Part shown: positions 13,760 to 24,616 of the stretch, piece by piece
How the letters are laid out: the number at the start of each line of letters is the position of its first letter
How positions within the stretch are numbered: position 1 is the first letter of the stretch
Assembly: GCA_032718475.1 (NCBI GenBank)
Contig: JAUCBJ010007554.1
Span: forward strand, 62,622-126,621
Direction of reading: 5' to 3'
Length of the DNA: 64,000 bases
DNA from: Nemertoderma westbladi
Taxonomy: Eukaryota; Animalia; Xenacoelomorpha
Notes under the pieces: generated by a model
The model's database searches: none
What the model was told of the DNA's origin: nothing
What the model saw: the letters and a program-made list of their open reading frames with translations, nothing else
Translations under genes and position numbers: made by a program

Positions 13760-14016
13760 CTCCTTATTTCGGTACAACGAATTTATAATAAGTTTCATCA
13801 TTCTATCAACTTCGGCTTGGAACGCGTGTTTCTCAGCTGATTCCCGCATTAGTTTTATCTGGGCGGCGTTCAGTCCGTCTATCTTTATGGCCTCCTCTTC
13901 CCTTCCGACCACCTCGTCGTCGGTTCTCGAACCTTCCGAAGATTTACCGATATCCTCGTCCACCGAGGGGGCCGGAGGGGGGTCGACTTCATCTTCTTCA
14001 GCCGCCAAACCGCAGC
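13760..14016 (-). CDS. HSP90B1: HSP90B1 exon with the GRP94-specific N-terminal extension
   Basis: [35 protein letters not shown]...[25 protein letters not shown] is diagnostic of endoplasmin rather than cytosolic HSP90; cag acceptor (phase 1), gttagc donor. Confidence 0.96.
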
Positions 14017-15435
14017 CTGAAAATAAAAGGTCATGTTTAGTTGGCGATATATTCTACTCTTCCAGGTACATTCACTGTAGAGTTGTAGGATGTGGCTGTG
14101 GCATTAGTGAAACTGAGGTATCTATGATCGTTGATCATTGTATATATATATGAGAAACTTTCCGGTCACCTAACTGTATGGTACTAAATCAAACTGGCGA
14201 CTACCCAAACATTAAATTCATATGAATCTCTAAGCCTAACACCTAAGGCAATACGGGTTAATACAAATGGGTCGTTTTCCAGTTTTCTCGCATATAAACA
14301 ATAAACAAATACATACTGATACTGACATGATATTATGATTTTGATAAATGCGCCATCACATATCAGCATAGTGCTGGTACCGAACCGAGTGCACCATACA
14401 CGTACAATATAAAAAATACTAACTTGCAAATAGAAGTGCTCCAAATATTAATAAATATATATTTCTCGTCATTGTTGCCAGACTGGTAATATAATAAACA
14501 TGGATGAGTTTAATTTACAAAATATAAATGGGATTAAATAAGTAGTACGTACTGAGCTGACCCCGTTCACCTGAATGCGGACTGGAGGTAACGGTAGATT
14601 AGGCCTAACACTGAAACAAGCATAAAATATGATTATAAAATTACATAAAATTACAATAAAATACAGTACAGTACAGCAGTACCTACGCAAATGCTACGGT
14701 AATAATATGGTCATTTTATGATTTTATTTATTCTATCAAATCAATAGGCTGTCCTGTAGGTAAGATTTATATGTACTGGCAGCGGCAGCGGCATACCGGT
14801 AAGTAATAGGTAGACAAAGACATGCCAAGTTCAGAAGTTCCAAAACAAAATATATATAAATGCTTCAGACAGTTACGCGTTATTTGTACGCAAAATGGAG
14901 AATATGTCATTAAAAAATAATCACATTTAATTCATTTATCTGTTTATTACGGTACCGGTATGTCTTATGAGACTGTACAGCTGTATGATAGGCCTATTGA
15001 TATTCAAAAATAGTAATAATTCTTATATAAAACCTGTCTAGGATCAGTTGAATGCAAGAATCTTTTAGACACATTCCAGCATTCTGATTAAGCTGTCCCC
15101 ATCTTAGTACAGTCTGACAGTAGTATCGAACCAGGCAGACAGGCCAGGCCCTCCTCGCTCCTCCGATGTCAACTGCAACATGGGCTACCTTAACCCAGTA
15201 ACCTTACTTCAGTAGGCCTACTTCCTTTAGCTGTTTAGCCGTTAGCGGGTAGCCTACCGTCAGACGTTTATCATACCACATACCGCACCCGAACCGTACC
15301 CGTACGTTCATATCGGTACGGTACCGGTCAGCCGGTACCCAAGAAGCCCAACCCACCTGCCACCCCCTGACCCCCACCCTCTTACTGTCTTATCCATTAC
15401 TGACAGTGACAGACTGATTGCCTGGCGTTGATTGC

Positions 15436-15511
15436 CTAAAAACAGAAAAACGTAAGAAACAAGTGGAAACAAAAAACAGAGAGACCATCGACCATGCACA
15501 ATGCCATCCAT
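15436..15511 (-). CDS. HSP90B1: Candidate HSP90B1 first coding exon (signal peptide)
   Basis: MDGIVHGRWSLCFLFPLVSYVFLFL-G is hydrophobic, 76 bp, phase 1 (matches the next exon), but needs a non-canonical AG|gcaatc donor. I found no better GT candidate by eye. Confidence 0.35.
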
Positions 15512-15872
15512 ATTGGCAGAAAATAGAAATACTGGAACGGGGATTTCAGGATTTGATTGAACATCTTTACTCACTTTAGGCTAGGCCTAAAGCTTTACTG
15601 CACTGAGCACTGTACACTGTCAGACTGTACAACGATGTACATGATGGCAGGATCAAGGACAGAAGGAGGGTATGGCAGTATGGTACCGTACTTTACAGCT
15701 TTAGTATCAACGCTACCTGCAGACAGGCTTCCTACTTTGTTTGACTGTTTGGCGAAGATTGTAGCAGTCATTCCCAGCTGAAATATTATATAGGTACCTA
15801 AACTCCAATCTTCGAGATTCGGAAGAGCCTAACGGAAACACGTAGAAACCCACTCAATATCAAATACTGTAA

Positions 15873-15936
15873 CCAATAAGAATGCACCATTTGGCTTTGT
15901 TATTGCATAGTAAGATATGTAGCAACGTGATTGGCT
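15873..15936. promoter_or_regulatory. Possible ER-stress-responsive promoter motifs upstream of HSP90B1
   Basis: CCAAT-N9-CCAT at 15873-15890 (ERSE consensus is CCAAT-N9-CCACG) and ACGTGATTGG at 15925-15934 (ACGT core abutting an inverted CCAAT box). Confidence 0.35.
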
Positions 15937-16584
15937 GTACTGCAGTAGGGAGGGTTCATTTAATGGGATTATACTCTACTATTGTGAGACATTGAACGAA
16001 CCCATTGTATTACTTAGAGTACTGTACTCTAAGTACCTGGACGTTCTAATGTATTGACACCTGGCATTTCACACACAGATACAGTGATACTGCGCTTCCC
16101 AAACCAATCAATGACCGCAATGATAATACAGTAGTAGTTTATTAACAATGTAAAGCATGACGGACACTGTATTAAATGACGCAATTTTACAAATGGACAT
16201 GGGATTTAATTGTTCCATTCCATATGTCAGCGCTTACTACAATATAATGAGGAGTGGAGTGTGGAGTGAGCCATATACAGTTCTACATGCATGCATTCGT
16301 TTGCAATAATGATAAATGGATGAAATGGTCCTAAACATTTTTAATGAATATTTTTAAATAGATCGATAATCTGTTCGATTTTATCGATATTTGAACAGAT
16401 TTCCACAATAATTATCTTGGCAATATTATTTATAGTATAGAGTAAATGAATTACAGTTCTTGACCCACCTGGTTCTTTGCTGTGAAAAGTTTACCATCCC
16501 GGTCAACATATCACATATTGCTTGCAACTGAGTAGAACCCAGGAACCTATAGCGGTAGCATATTACCAATTAGGGTGTCGTTTC

Positions 16585-19460
16585 AACAGTGAGGGCCGAA
16601 CCCAGGGCATACAATTGTCCCAACAGTTAGGGCCGAACCCAGGGCTAACAAATGTCCTAACCTAATAGTTATGGCCGAATCCAGGGCTAAATATTGTCCC
16701 AACAGTTAGGGCCGAACACAGGGCTAACAACTGTTCCAACAATGAGGGCCGAACCCAGGGCTAACAATTGTCCCAACAGTTAGGGCCGAACACAGGACTA
16801 ACAACCGTTCCAACAGTCAGAACCGAACCCAGGGCTAACAACTGTCCCAACAGTTAGGGCCGAACCCAGGGCTAACAATTGTCCCAACAGTTAGGGCCGA
16901 ACCCAGGGCTAACAAATGTCCTAATAGTTATGGCCGAATCCAGGGCTAACAATTGTTCCAACAGTTAGGGCCGAACCCAGGGCTAATAATTAAATTGTCT
17001 TAATAGTTATGGCCGAACCCCGGGCTAACAACTGTCCCAACAGTTAGGGCCGAACCCAGGGCTAAAAATTGTCCTAATAGTTATGGCCGAACCCAGGGCT
17101 AACAATTATCCCAACAGTTACGGCCGAACCCAGGGATAAAAATTCTCCCAACAGTTAGGGCCGAACCCAGGAGCTAACAATTGTCCTAATAGTTATGGCC
17201 AAACCCAGGAGCTAACAATTGTCCTAATAGTTATGGCCGAACAAGGAGCTAACAATTGTCCTATTAGTTAGGGCGGAGCACAGGAGCTAACAATTGTCCT
17301 AGTAGTTATGGCCGAACCCAGGGCTAACAATTGTCCTAATAGTTATGGCCGAACCCAGGGCTAACAATTATTGTCCTAACAGATATGGCCGAACCCAGGG
17401 CTAACAATTGTCCTAATAATTATGGCAGAACCCAGGAGCTAACAATTGTCCTAATAGTTATGGCCGAACAAGGAGCTAACAATTGTCCTATTAGTTAGGG
17501 CGGAGCACAGGAGCTAACAATTGTCCTAGTAGTTATGGCCGAACCCAGGGCTAACAATTGTCCTAATAGTTATGGCAGCCGAACCCAGGGCTAACAATTG
17601 TCCTAATAGTTATGGCCGAACCCAGGGCTAACAATTATTGTCCTAACAGATATGGCCGAACCCAGGGCTAACAATTGTCCTAATAATTATGGCAGAACCC
17701 AGGAGCTAACAATTGTCCTAATAGTTATGGCCGAACAAGGAGCTAACAATTGTCCTATTAGTTAGGGCGGAGCACAGGAGCTAACAATTGTCCTATTAGT
17801 TAGGGCGGAGCACAGGAGCTAACAATTGTCCTAGTAGTTATGGCCGAACCCAGGGCTAACAATTGTCCTAATAGTTATGGCCGAACCCAGGGCTAACAAT
17901 TATTGTCCTAACAGATATGGCCGAACCCAGGGCTAACAATTGTCCTAATAATTATGGCAGAACCCAGGAGCTAACAATTGTCCTAATAGTTATGGCCGAA
18001 CAAGGAGCTAACAATTGTCCTAATAGTTATGGCCGAACAAGGAGCTAACAATTGTCCTATTAGTTAGGGCGGAGCACAGGAGCTAACAATTGTCCTAGTA
18101 GTTATGGCCGAACCCAGGGCTAACAATTGTCCTAATAGTTATGGCAGCCGAACCCAGGGCTAACAATTGTCCTAATAGTTATGGCCGAACCCTGGAGCTA
18201 ACAATTGTCCTATTAGTTATGGCCGAACCCAGGGCCAACAATTGTCCTAATAGTTATGGCCAAACCCAGGAGCTAACAATTGTCCTAATAGTTATGGCCG
18301 AACAAGGAGCTAACAATTGTCCTATTAGTTAGGGCGGAGCACAGGAGCTAACAATTGTCCTAGTAGTTATGGCCGAACCCAGGGCTAACAATTGTCCTAA
18401 TAGTTATGGCAGCCGAACCCAGGGCTAACAATTGTCCTAATAGTTATGGCCGAACCCAGGGCTAACAATTATTGTCCTAACAGATATGGCCGAACCCAGG
18501 GCTAACAATTGTCCTAATATTGATGGCCGAACCCAGGAGCTAACAATTGTCCTAATAGTTAGGGCCGAACCCAGGAGCTAACAATTGTCCTAATAGTTAT
18601 GGCCGAACCCTGGAGCTAACAATTGTCCTATTAGTTATGGCCGAACCCAGGGCCAACAATTGTCCTAATAGTTATGGCCAAACCCAGGAGCTAACAATTG
18701 TCCTAATAGTTATGGCCGAACAAGGAGCTAACAATTGTCCTATTAGTTAGGGCGGAGCACAGGAGCTAACAATTGTCCTAGTAGTTATGGCCGAACCCAG
18801 GAGCTAACAATTATTGTCCTAACAGATATGGCCGAACCCAGGTCTAACAATTGTCCTAATATTGATGGCCGAACCCAGGAGCTAACAATTGTCCTAATAG
18901 TTATGGCCGAACCCAGGGCTAACAATTATCCTAATAAATATGGCAGAACCCAGGGCTAACAATTGTCCTAAGAGTTATGGCAGAACCCAGGGCTAACAAT
19001 TGTCCTAAGAGTTATGGCAGAACCCAGGGCTAACAATTGTCCTACCTAATAGTTATGGCCGAACCCGGGAGCTAACAATTGTCCTAATAGTTATGGCCGA
19101 ACCCAGGAGCTAACAATTGACCTAATAGTTAATGCCGAACCCAGGAGCTAACAATTGTCCTAATAGTTATGACGGCCGAACCCAGGGCTAACAATTGTCC
19201 TAATAGTTATGGCCGAACCCAGGGCTAACAATTGTCCTAGTAATGGCAGAACCCAGGGCTAACAATTGTCCTAAGAGTTATGGCAGAACCCAGGGCTAAC
19301 AATTGTCCTACCTAATAGTTATGGCCGAACCCAGGAGCTAACAATTGTCCTAATAGTTATGGCCGAACCCAGGAGCTAACAATTGACCTAATAGTTAATG
19401 CCGAACCCAGGAGCTAACAATTGACCTAATAGTTAATGCCGAACCCAGGAGCTAACAATT
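16585..19460. repeat. ~37-bp tandem minisatellite (~75 copies) between the INTS4 3' end and the HSP90B1 upstream region
   Basis: Unit ggccgaacccagggctaacaattgtcctaatagttat, with variants and multi-unit blocks that recur. Confidence 0.95.
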
Positions 19461-19615
19461 TCCCCGGGGTGATCGATCTGATCGAGCGAGCCGGATATCC
19501 AACCGAAAAATAAATTATTTCTATAATAATGATATCTTTCTGTCTGAGTTCGCTCGACCTAGTAGTAGTAGTATAATAATTATAAATTCCAATTAAATCG
19601 ATATTATTTTTCCAA

Positions 19616-22375
19616 CTATTTAATAGGATGGGGTAACAGCAGTATCTTAACAACATCACACAAAGGTACAGTAACCTCAGTGCCGAGAATATCTGATGTC
19701 GAATAGATTAAGTCGAGATCTATAGAGGAGGAGTCGGTCCAACCTGTGGACGAGATATAAATACTTGTAGACAACGACAGCTCATTGGTTGTTACCATGG
19801 ATACATGGGATGGATCTATCTGAAAGTATTGAACATTAGTGTTAGGTAAACGAACTCTAATTCGAACATTAGCGATACTCGAGTTCAAGTTGTATAAACT
19901 CGATATAATGTCGAGTTTCAACGCAGTTCCGGCTGCGAACTTACTGACAACTTCGAGATTCTCGGTGGGTTTATGTAGCCGAGCCGATCTGCGTCGTATC
20001 GATCCGCTGAGTTGGAGATCCAACGCGATCGAGTTGTTCGACTCAAATAAACACTTTACGTACTCGCTGAGTAGAACCGGTTTGTTGCTGTCCAGTTTCG
20101 CTGTAACTAAGGCATTTACCAACTTATCAGAGACCGCGGCTTCGCATAATTTTATCTTCACCATATTGAGTGTCTGAATAAAAGAGTGACATACTTTCAG
20201 TTTCTTCTGATAATCGTCTGACTCCTGTAACGATGACAACAGATGTAAACACTCGACTCTCAGCTTCAAACACATGAGTTTTGTTGAATCCTCAGCGTTT
20301 AGGTTCACGTAGAGATGTTCCAAGGATTCCAGATTGTCGCGGAGTTTCTGTATCGCGGCGAGAGTGGAGGATGAGAAACGGGACGCGTCGCTAGAGGCGT
20401 GATGCGAGCGGCTCAGTAGGGCGACGCATTCAACGTAAAGTCGTAGATACTCGGCGTGGGAGGCGAGCGACGGGTAGCAACGGGAGACGCACTGGAGATC
20501 GCGTTGCACCAGGTTCAATAACTCGGGATTCACAGCCGTCGAAGGGAAGCTGTTCAACTGCTTTATTATAGAGTTAACCGGCTCTACATCGACGTCCTTC
20601 GGGGTCGAACTCGGGCCTTCAACATCGCGTAACTCTACATAGTCGAGTGGGGGTACGAGGGTAGGATGTGAGTCCCGGAGGTAGTGGTAGTGGCGTAGAG
20701 CGGTCCCCGGTATCAGCGGGACCATCTGGGGACAGCCGACCGCCGCGTTGAAAATGAGAACGAGGATCGATATGTACTCGTCGTTGTCGATGTCGGCCTC
20801 GTGGGGGTCGAAGAGCGGGTGGAGGTTGAGGAGCTCGGGGACCATGGAGAGACAGACGTAGGGATGGGATGCGCCCACGGTGCGGAGACACTCCCAGACG
20901 GCGGCGCGGTCCGCGGGGTAGCGCTCCAGGTTGCGCAACAGCGCGTGCAGCAGCGCGGTCAGCGCGGGTTTAGAGTTGAGCGGTACGACGGCCAGGAGAC
21001 GACGGATTGACCTACGGATCTCCAGGGAGTGGTCGTCCAGTCCGCCCAACAACGTCTCCAACTGGTCCAGCGAGAGTCTGGCGACGTCGACGAGCTCCTG
21101 TAGAGCCTCGATGGTGGCGAGTCGCACCGATTCGATCTCGTCGTTTATCATGTCGATGAGAAAGTCGTGGATCTTCGGCGCGAACGCGGGATTGGCTGTC
21201 GCTAAGCGACGTAGCGAGTCTACCGCGGCTGAGCGGACCTCCAGGTATTCGTCCTCCAGCCCGTGGATGAAGGCGCCGCAGCCGCCGGCCTCGATGAGAA
21301 CCGCGCAGTCGGTGACGTCATCGACCGGAAGGTCGTCACCCCATTTCCGTCCGGTGGCCCATCCGACGCGGCTTTCCGTCTGCCGACCGCGACGCAACCC
21401 CGGTAGGAGTTTCTTGTCGAGCGTTTGTTCCAGGAATGTTTGTCCGACGTTGCCTATCCGACCGAGAAGTGCGACAGCGTCGCGTCGAACGCAGCGGGCC
21501 GTGTCGCTAACCGCGACGCAGAGCCGCGCAAAGGCGGCGTCCGCGCAACGCAGTCGCTCCCCGCTGTCCGGGAGAACCACGTCGGACTCCGGGAAACTCT
21601 TCCCGATGAGGAACACCAGTCGCTGGGCGTTGAGTCGCACCTCGTCGTCGTCGTCCGAGAGACACGGGGTTGCTAGGGGATACAGGGACGCGTCCACAAC
21701 AACCCCGGTCTCTAGGCAACGGTACAACGCAGCCAGAGCGCCGGCTCGTACGCGAGGGTCCACGTTGCTAAGCAACCCTATGAGTAGGTCTCTAGGGAGG
21801 AGGAGTAAGGAGCCGGAGTGATCCGGGGACCAGGTTGCTAGGATACCGAGGCAATGTATGCGCAGGTTGTAGTCTGGAGTTGCGTCTAGGTAATCCGATA
21901 TTATTCGGCAGAGTTTATCTGCGATGGAGGAACCCTCGCTTACGGAGAGATGGGGGAGGCGCCAGAGAGTCTGGATACAGTGCAATACCTGGGCTGCAAC
22001 CGAGGGGTGTAGATCTGGGTTCAGTAGGTCGGATAGCTGTTTGTAAGCGGAGAAGGTAAAGGGATTACTGGAGTGGGGTAAAACAGACGCGAGGGTAAGT
22101 AACAGTCGTTCTCTGTCACATCTGTCGCGATGTTTCTGGAATAAGTTAAGAAGAGTTTGCGAATAAGCATTGGCTCTACTGCAGTCAGATACTGCCTCTG
22201 TTGGTGTCAGCTGTGTTAGAAGTTTAGTTAAACTCGCGCTATCTTCGCATTCTTCCAAAGACGTTATGTAGGCTGTATTCGGATCAAGGGGATGAGATAG
22301 GCGAAGAGATTTCTCTTTTGGTTGAGACGGAGAAAGTTCGGTTATTGATGTTTCTTGAGGTAAATTTCTCTTCAT
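19616..22375 (-). CDS. INTS4: Integrator complex subunit 4 (HEAT repeats), single-exon ORF of 919 aa
   Basis: RLRCADAAFARLC..VSD....VRRDAVALLG, FLEQTLDKKL, GCGAFIHGLEDEYLEVRSAAVDSL, DFLIDMINDEIESVRL, LVLIFNAA, RHYHYLRDSHPTLVP are recognisable INTS4 motifs; ATG to stop uninterrupted. Confidence 0.93.
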   Translation of the reverse strand: MKRNLPQETSITELSPSQPKEKSLRLSHPLDPNTAYITSLEECEDSASLTKLLTQLTPTEAVSDCSRANAYSQTLLNLFQKHRDRCDRERLLLTLASVLPHSSNPFTFSAYKQLSDLLNPDLHPSVAAQVLHCIQTLWRLPHLSVSEGSSIADKLCRIISDYLDATPDYNLRIHCLGILATWSPDHSGSLLLLPRDLLIGLLSNVDPRVRAGALAALYRCLETGVVVDASLYPLATPCLSDDDDEVRLNAQRLVFLIGKSFPESDVVLPDSGERLRCADAAFARLCVAVSDTARCVRRDAVALLGRIGNVGQTFLEQTLDKKLLPGLRRGRQTESRVGWATGRKWGDDLPVDDVTDCAVLIEAGGCGAFIHGLEDEYLEVRSAAVDSLRRLATANPAFAPKIHDFLIDMINDEIESVRLATIEALQELVDVARLSLDQLETLLGGLDDHSLEIRRSIRRLLAVVPLNSKPALTALLHALLRNLERYPADRAAVWECLRTVGASHPYVCLSMVPELLNLHPLFDPHEADIDNDEYISILVLIFNAAVGCPQMVPLIPGTALRHYHYLRDSHPTLVPPLDYVELRDVEGPSSTPKDVDVEPVNSIIKQLNSFPSTAVNPELLNLVQRDLQCVSRCYPSLASHAEYLRLYVECVALLSRSHHASSDASRFSSSTLAAIQKLRDNLESLEHLYVNLNAEDSTKLMCLKLRVECLHLLSSLQESDDYQKKLKVCHSFIQTLNMVKIKLCEAAVSDKLVNALVTAKLDSNKPVLLSEYVKCLFESNNSIALDLQLSGSIRRRSARLHKPTENLEVVSKFAAGTALKLDIISSLYNLNSSIANVRIRVRLPNTNVQYFQIDPSHVSMVTTNELSLSTSIYISSTGWTDSSSIDLDLIYSTSDILGTEVTVPLCDVVKILLLPHPIK

Positions 22376-22658
22376 CTTTATTTACTCCTACAAATGAGGA
22401 AATGGTAAATGAGTCATAATGAGTGTAAGTAGGCGGTAGCCGGTAGGTAATGGATCAAATACAACTCAAAAAAAACTCGACAGCTACCAAGTACCGTCTG
22501 ACCGTACCAAACCAACTGCCAGACGGCCAATGCCAAACACTAATATAATAAAAGTAAATTTACACCAAGGCGTACTAGAAGACAGGCCGTGCAGCCGACT
22601 GCTAGGCCCTAAAACTTATGCTGTTATGGGCCGACTTTTTTAAACAGGGCACTGCTAC

Positions 22659-22694
22659 CAAGGCCATCTAAACAACGTTGTTTAGATGGCCTTG
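22659..22694. mobile_element. 36-bp perfect palindrome with 8-bp TSD; probable P-element excision footprint
   Basis: actgctac-CAAGGCCATCTAAACAACGTTGTTTAGATGGCCTTG-actgctac. Confidence 0.8.
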
Positions 22695-23883
22695 ACTGCT
22701 ACACAGTGTAAAGGAATATAGATTACTCATAATGGCCATTCGTTCACACTCACTATATATTATACTATTTGGGATAATCGATGATGGAGAATCTGTTTCT
22801 GGCAGTAATTTTTTGATCCAAAAATAATATCTATCCAATAAGGCCAACTATACATAGGACAATAACAAAGTTCTGTAGTTTGGTGGGGGCATTGATTTGT
22901 TGTGTTAATTACGTCGTTTTTAAGGGGAAAATACATTGTGAGGGCTTATAATTTCCAGTATATACATGTAGTTTAAGGGGGGTTAACTGATTGCAAAAAA
23001 ATCGATTTTCCATTTCCAATCCCACCTGGTGCAGATTTATATGAGGATTTCAAAATTTCAAACCGTTTGTTAATAGCTAATGTACAGTAGTTCAAAAGTT
23101 ATGAGCGATAATGTTAACCTTACTCTGCTTGCTCTGTGTAGTGTCTGTGAAAAGTGTCTATCTGGGATTGCGTTTCGACGGTTTATCTGTCAAAATTTAT
23201 TACAAATGTCAGTTATCACTTTTAACGAAAACTATTATGTCTTTATGTCTGTATGACCGTCCGTCCAACGATCTGTCTGTCAAAATATAAAAACATAATA
23301 CCACCCAGCTAATACTTTTTGTTGTGGTTTTCCTGGTCGCTGATTTCATATCCCACGTCAGTTTTCATATTTAGCTAAGTCGATTATGTCTGTCTGTCAA
23401 AATATGATAAAAGCATTCCACCTATCTAAAAGTTTTGTTATGGGCGTTATTCTTAGCGATTATTTCATTTCCGACGCCAGTTTCCCAACAGTTTTCTAGT
23501 TCAGAATATGACCAGTTCCTAAATAAGATGGATTTTTTTAAATTTACCTTATTTAAGACATCGAAATTGTACACATAAATACTAAAAGTCCCTAAATAAG
23601 AACTTTTTGACCTGGCTGCCTGTGTTTCTTATTTATGAATACAATTTCATTACAAAATCGGCACGCACTCCTTAAATAAATTAAATATTCCTTATTCCTT
23701 ACAGTGTTACAGTCAGACAGTAGGTGTTACACTTCTTTCATAATTCTTTTTTTTATTTCAGTCTGTTTCTGTAAATTGCTACTGTAATTGTTGGGTTAAG
23801 GACAATGGTTGCACTGTACTCTATAAATCATCTAAAGAATATCGTATCATAATGAAGTTGCTATATAGCACTGGCATTCTTAC

Positions 23884-24123
23884 CTCATAGGGTAGTAGCT
23901 CTGGTACCGGTATGGAAGGTTCGAAGGTATGCGATATATTCAAAGGAATAACCCATCGCCCATCTGATGTCTGAGCGACAGACATTGTCACGTATTTCGA
24001 CGTGACTTGAGTAAATGGGCATCGCCACACAGTTTCGAAAAACTAACTTGTGTCCTGCAATTCCTCTTCTGCTCCGCGTTACGCCCCACTTAGATCAGTA
24101 GATGGATTGTCCACAATGTTGTA
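23884..24123 (-). pseudogene. Possible decayed exon of unknown protein
   Basis: 240 bp bounded by ttttcacacatttccag and GAG|gtaaga, phase 0-0, with two in-frame stops; no family recognised. Confidence 0.3.
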
Positions 24124-24616
24124 CTGGAAATGTGTGAAAAAACAATATGTTTTTACATCGTAAGTCCACCTGTACTCAAATGCTAGAATGTGTTACTGAT
24201 TGGTTCAATTTAATTGATAAACGAAAGAACCTGGACATTATATATATAGACTTTGCAAAAGCCTTTGATTCGGTAGTTCACTCTAAATTACTATCAAAGC
24301 TCACTTGCTACGGTGTATGCGGAGATCTGTTTCTATGGATACGTGGATTTCTATGTAATAGAACTCAAAATGTACTTGTAGGTACCGAATCATCGGACTA
24401 CTGTGTAGTTACATCGGGAACTATTCAAGGCAGTGTCTTGGGGCCAGTATTGTTTCTTTTATTTATTAATGATTTACCTGATGCATTGTTACCTGTATGT
24501 AATAAACTATTTGCTGATGACCTTAAGCTTTATGCACCGAAGGAAGATTGTGATTCTCTAGCCTCAGCCCTTCAAAACTTGGAAGACTGGACTATAAAAT
24601 GGCAACTAACAGTAGC

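Noticed and set aside
16011-16035. 25-bp hairpin tacttagagtac-t-gtactctaagta
   Set aside because: Could be a tiny transposon scar, but too short and with no independent TSD or parent element in the window.
20931-21821. 296-aa plus-strand ORF and other short ORFs overlapping INTS4
   Set aside because: Antisense shadows of a GC-rich coding region; no motifs.
22704-23706. Possible MITE bounded by cagtgtaaaggaata and tattccttacagtg
   Set aside because: Terminal match is short and imperfect; boundaries and TSD not supportable.
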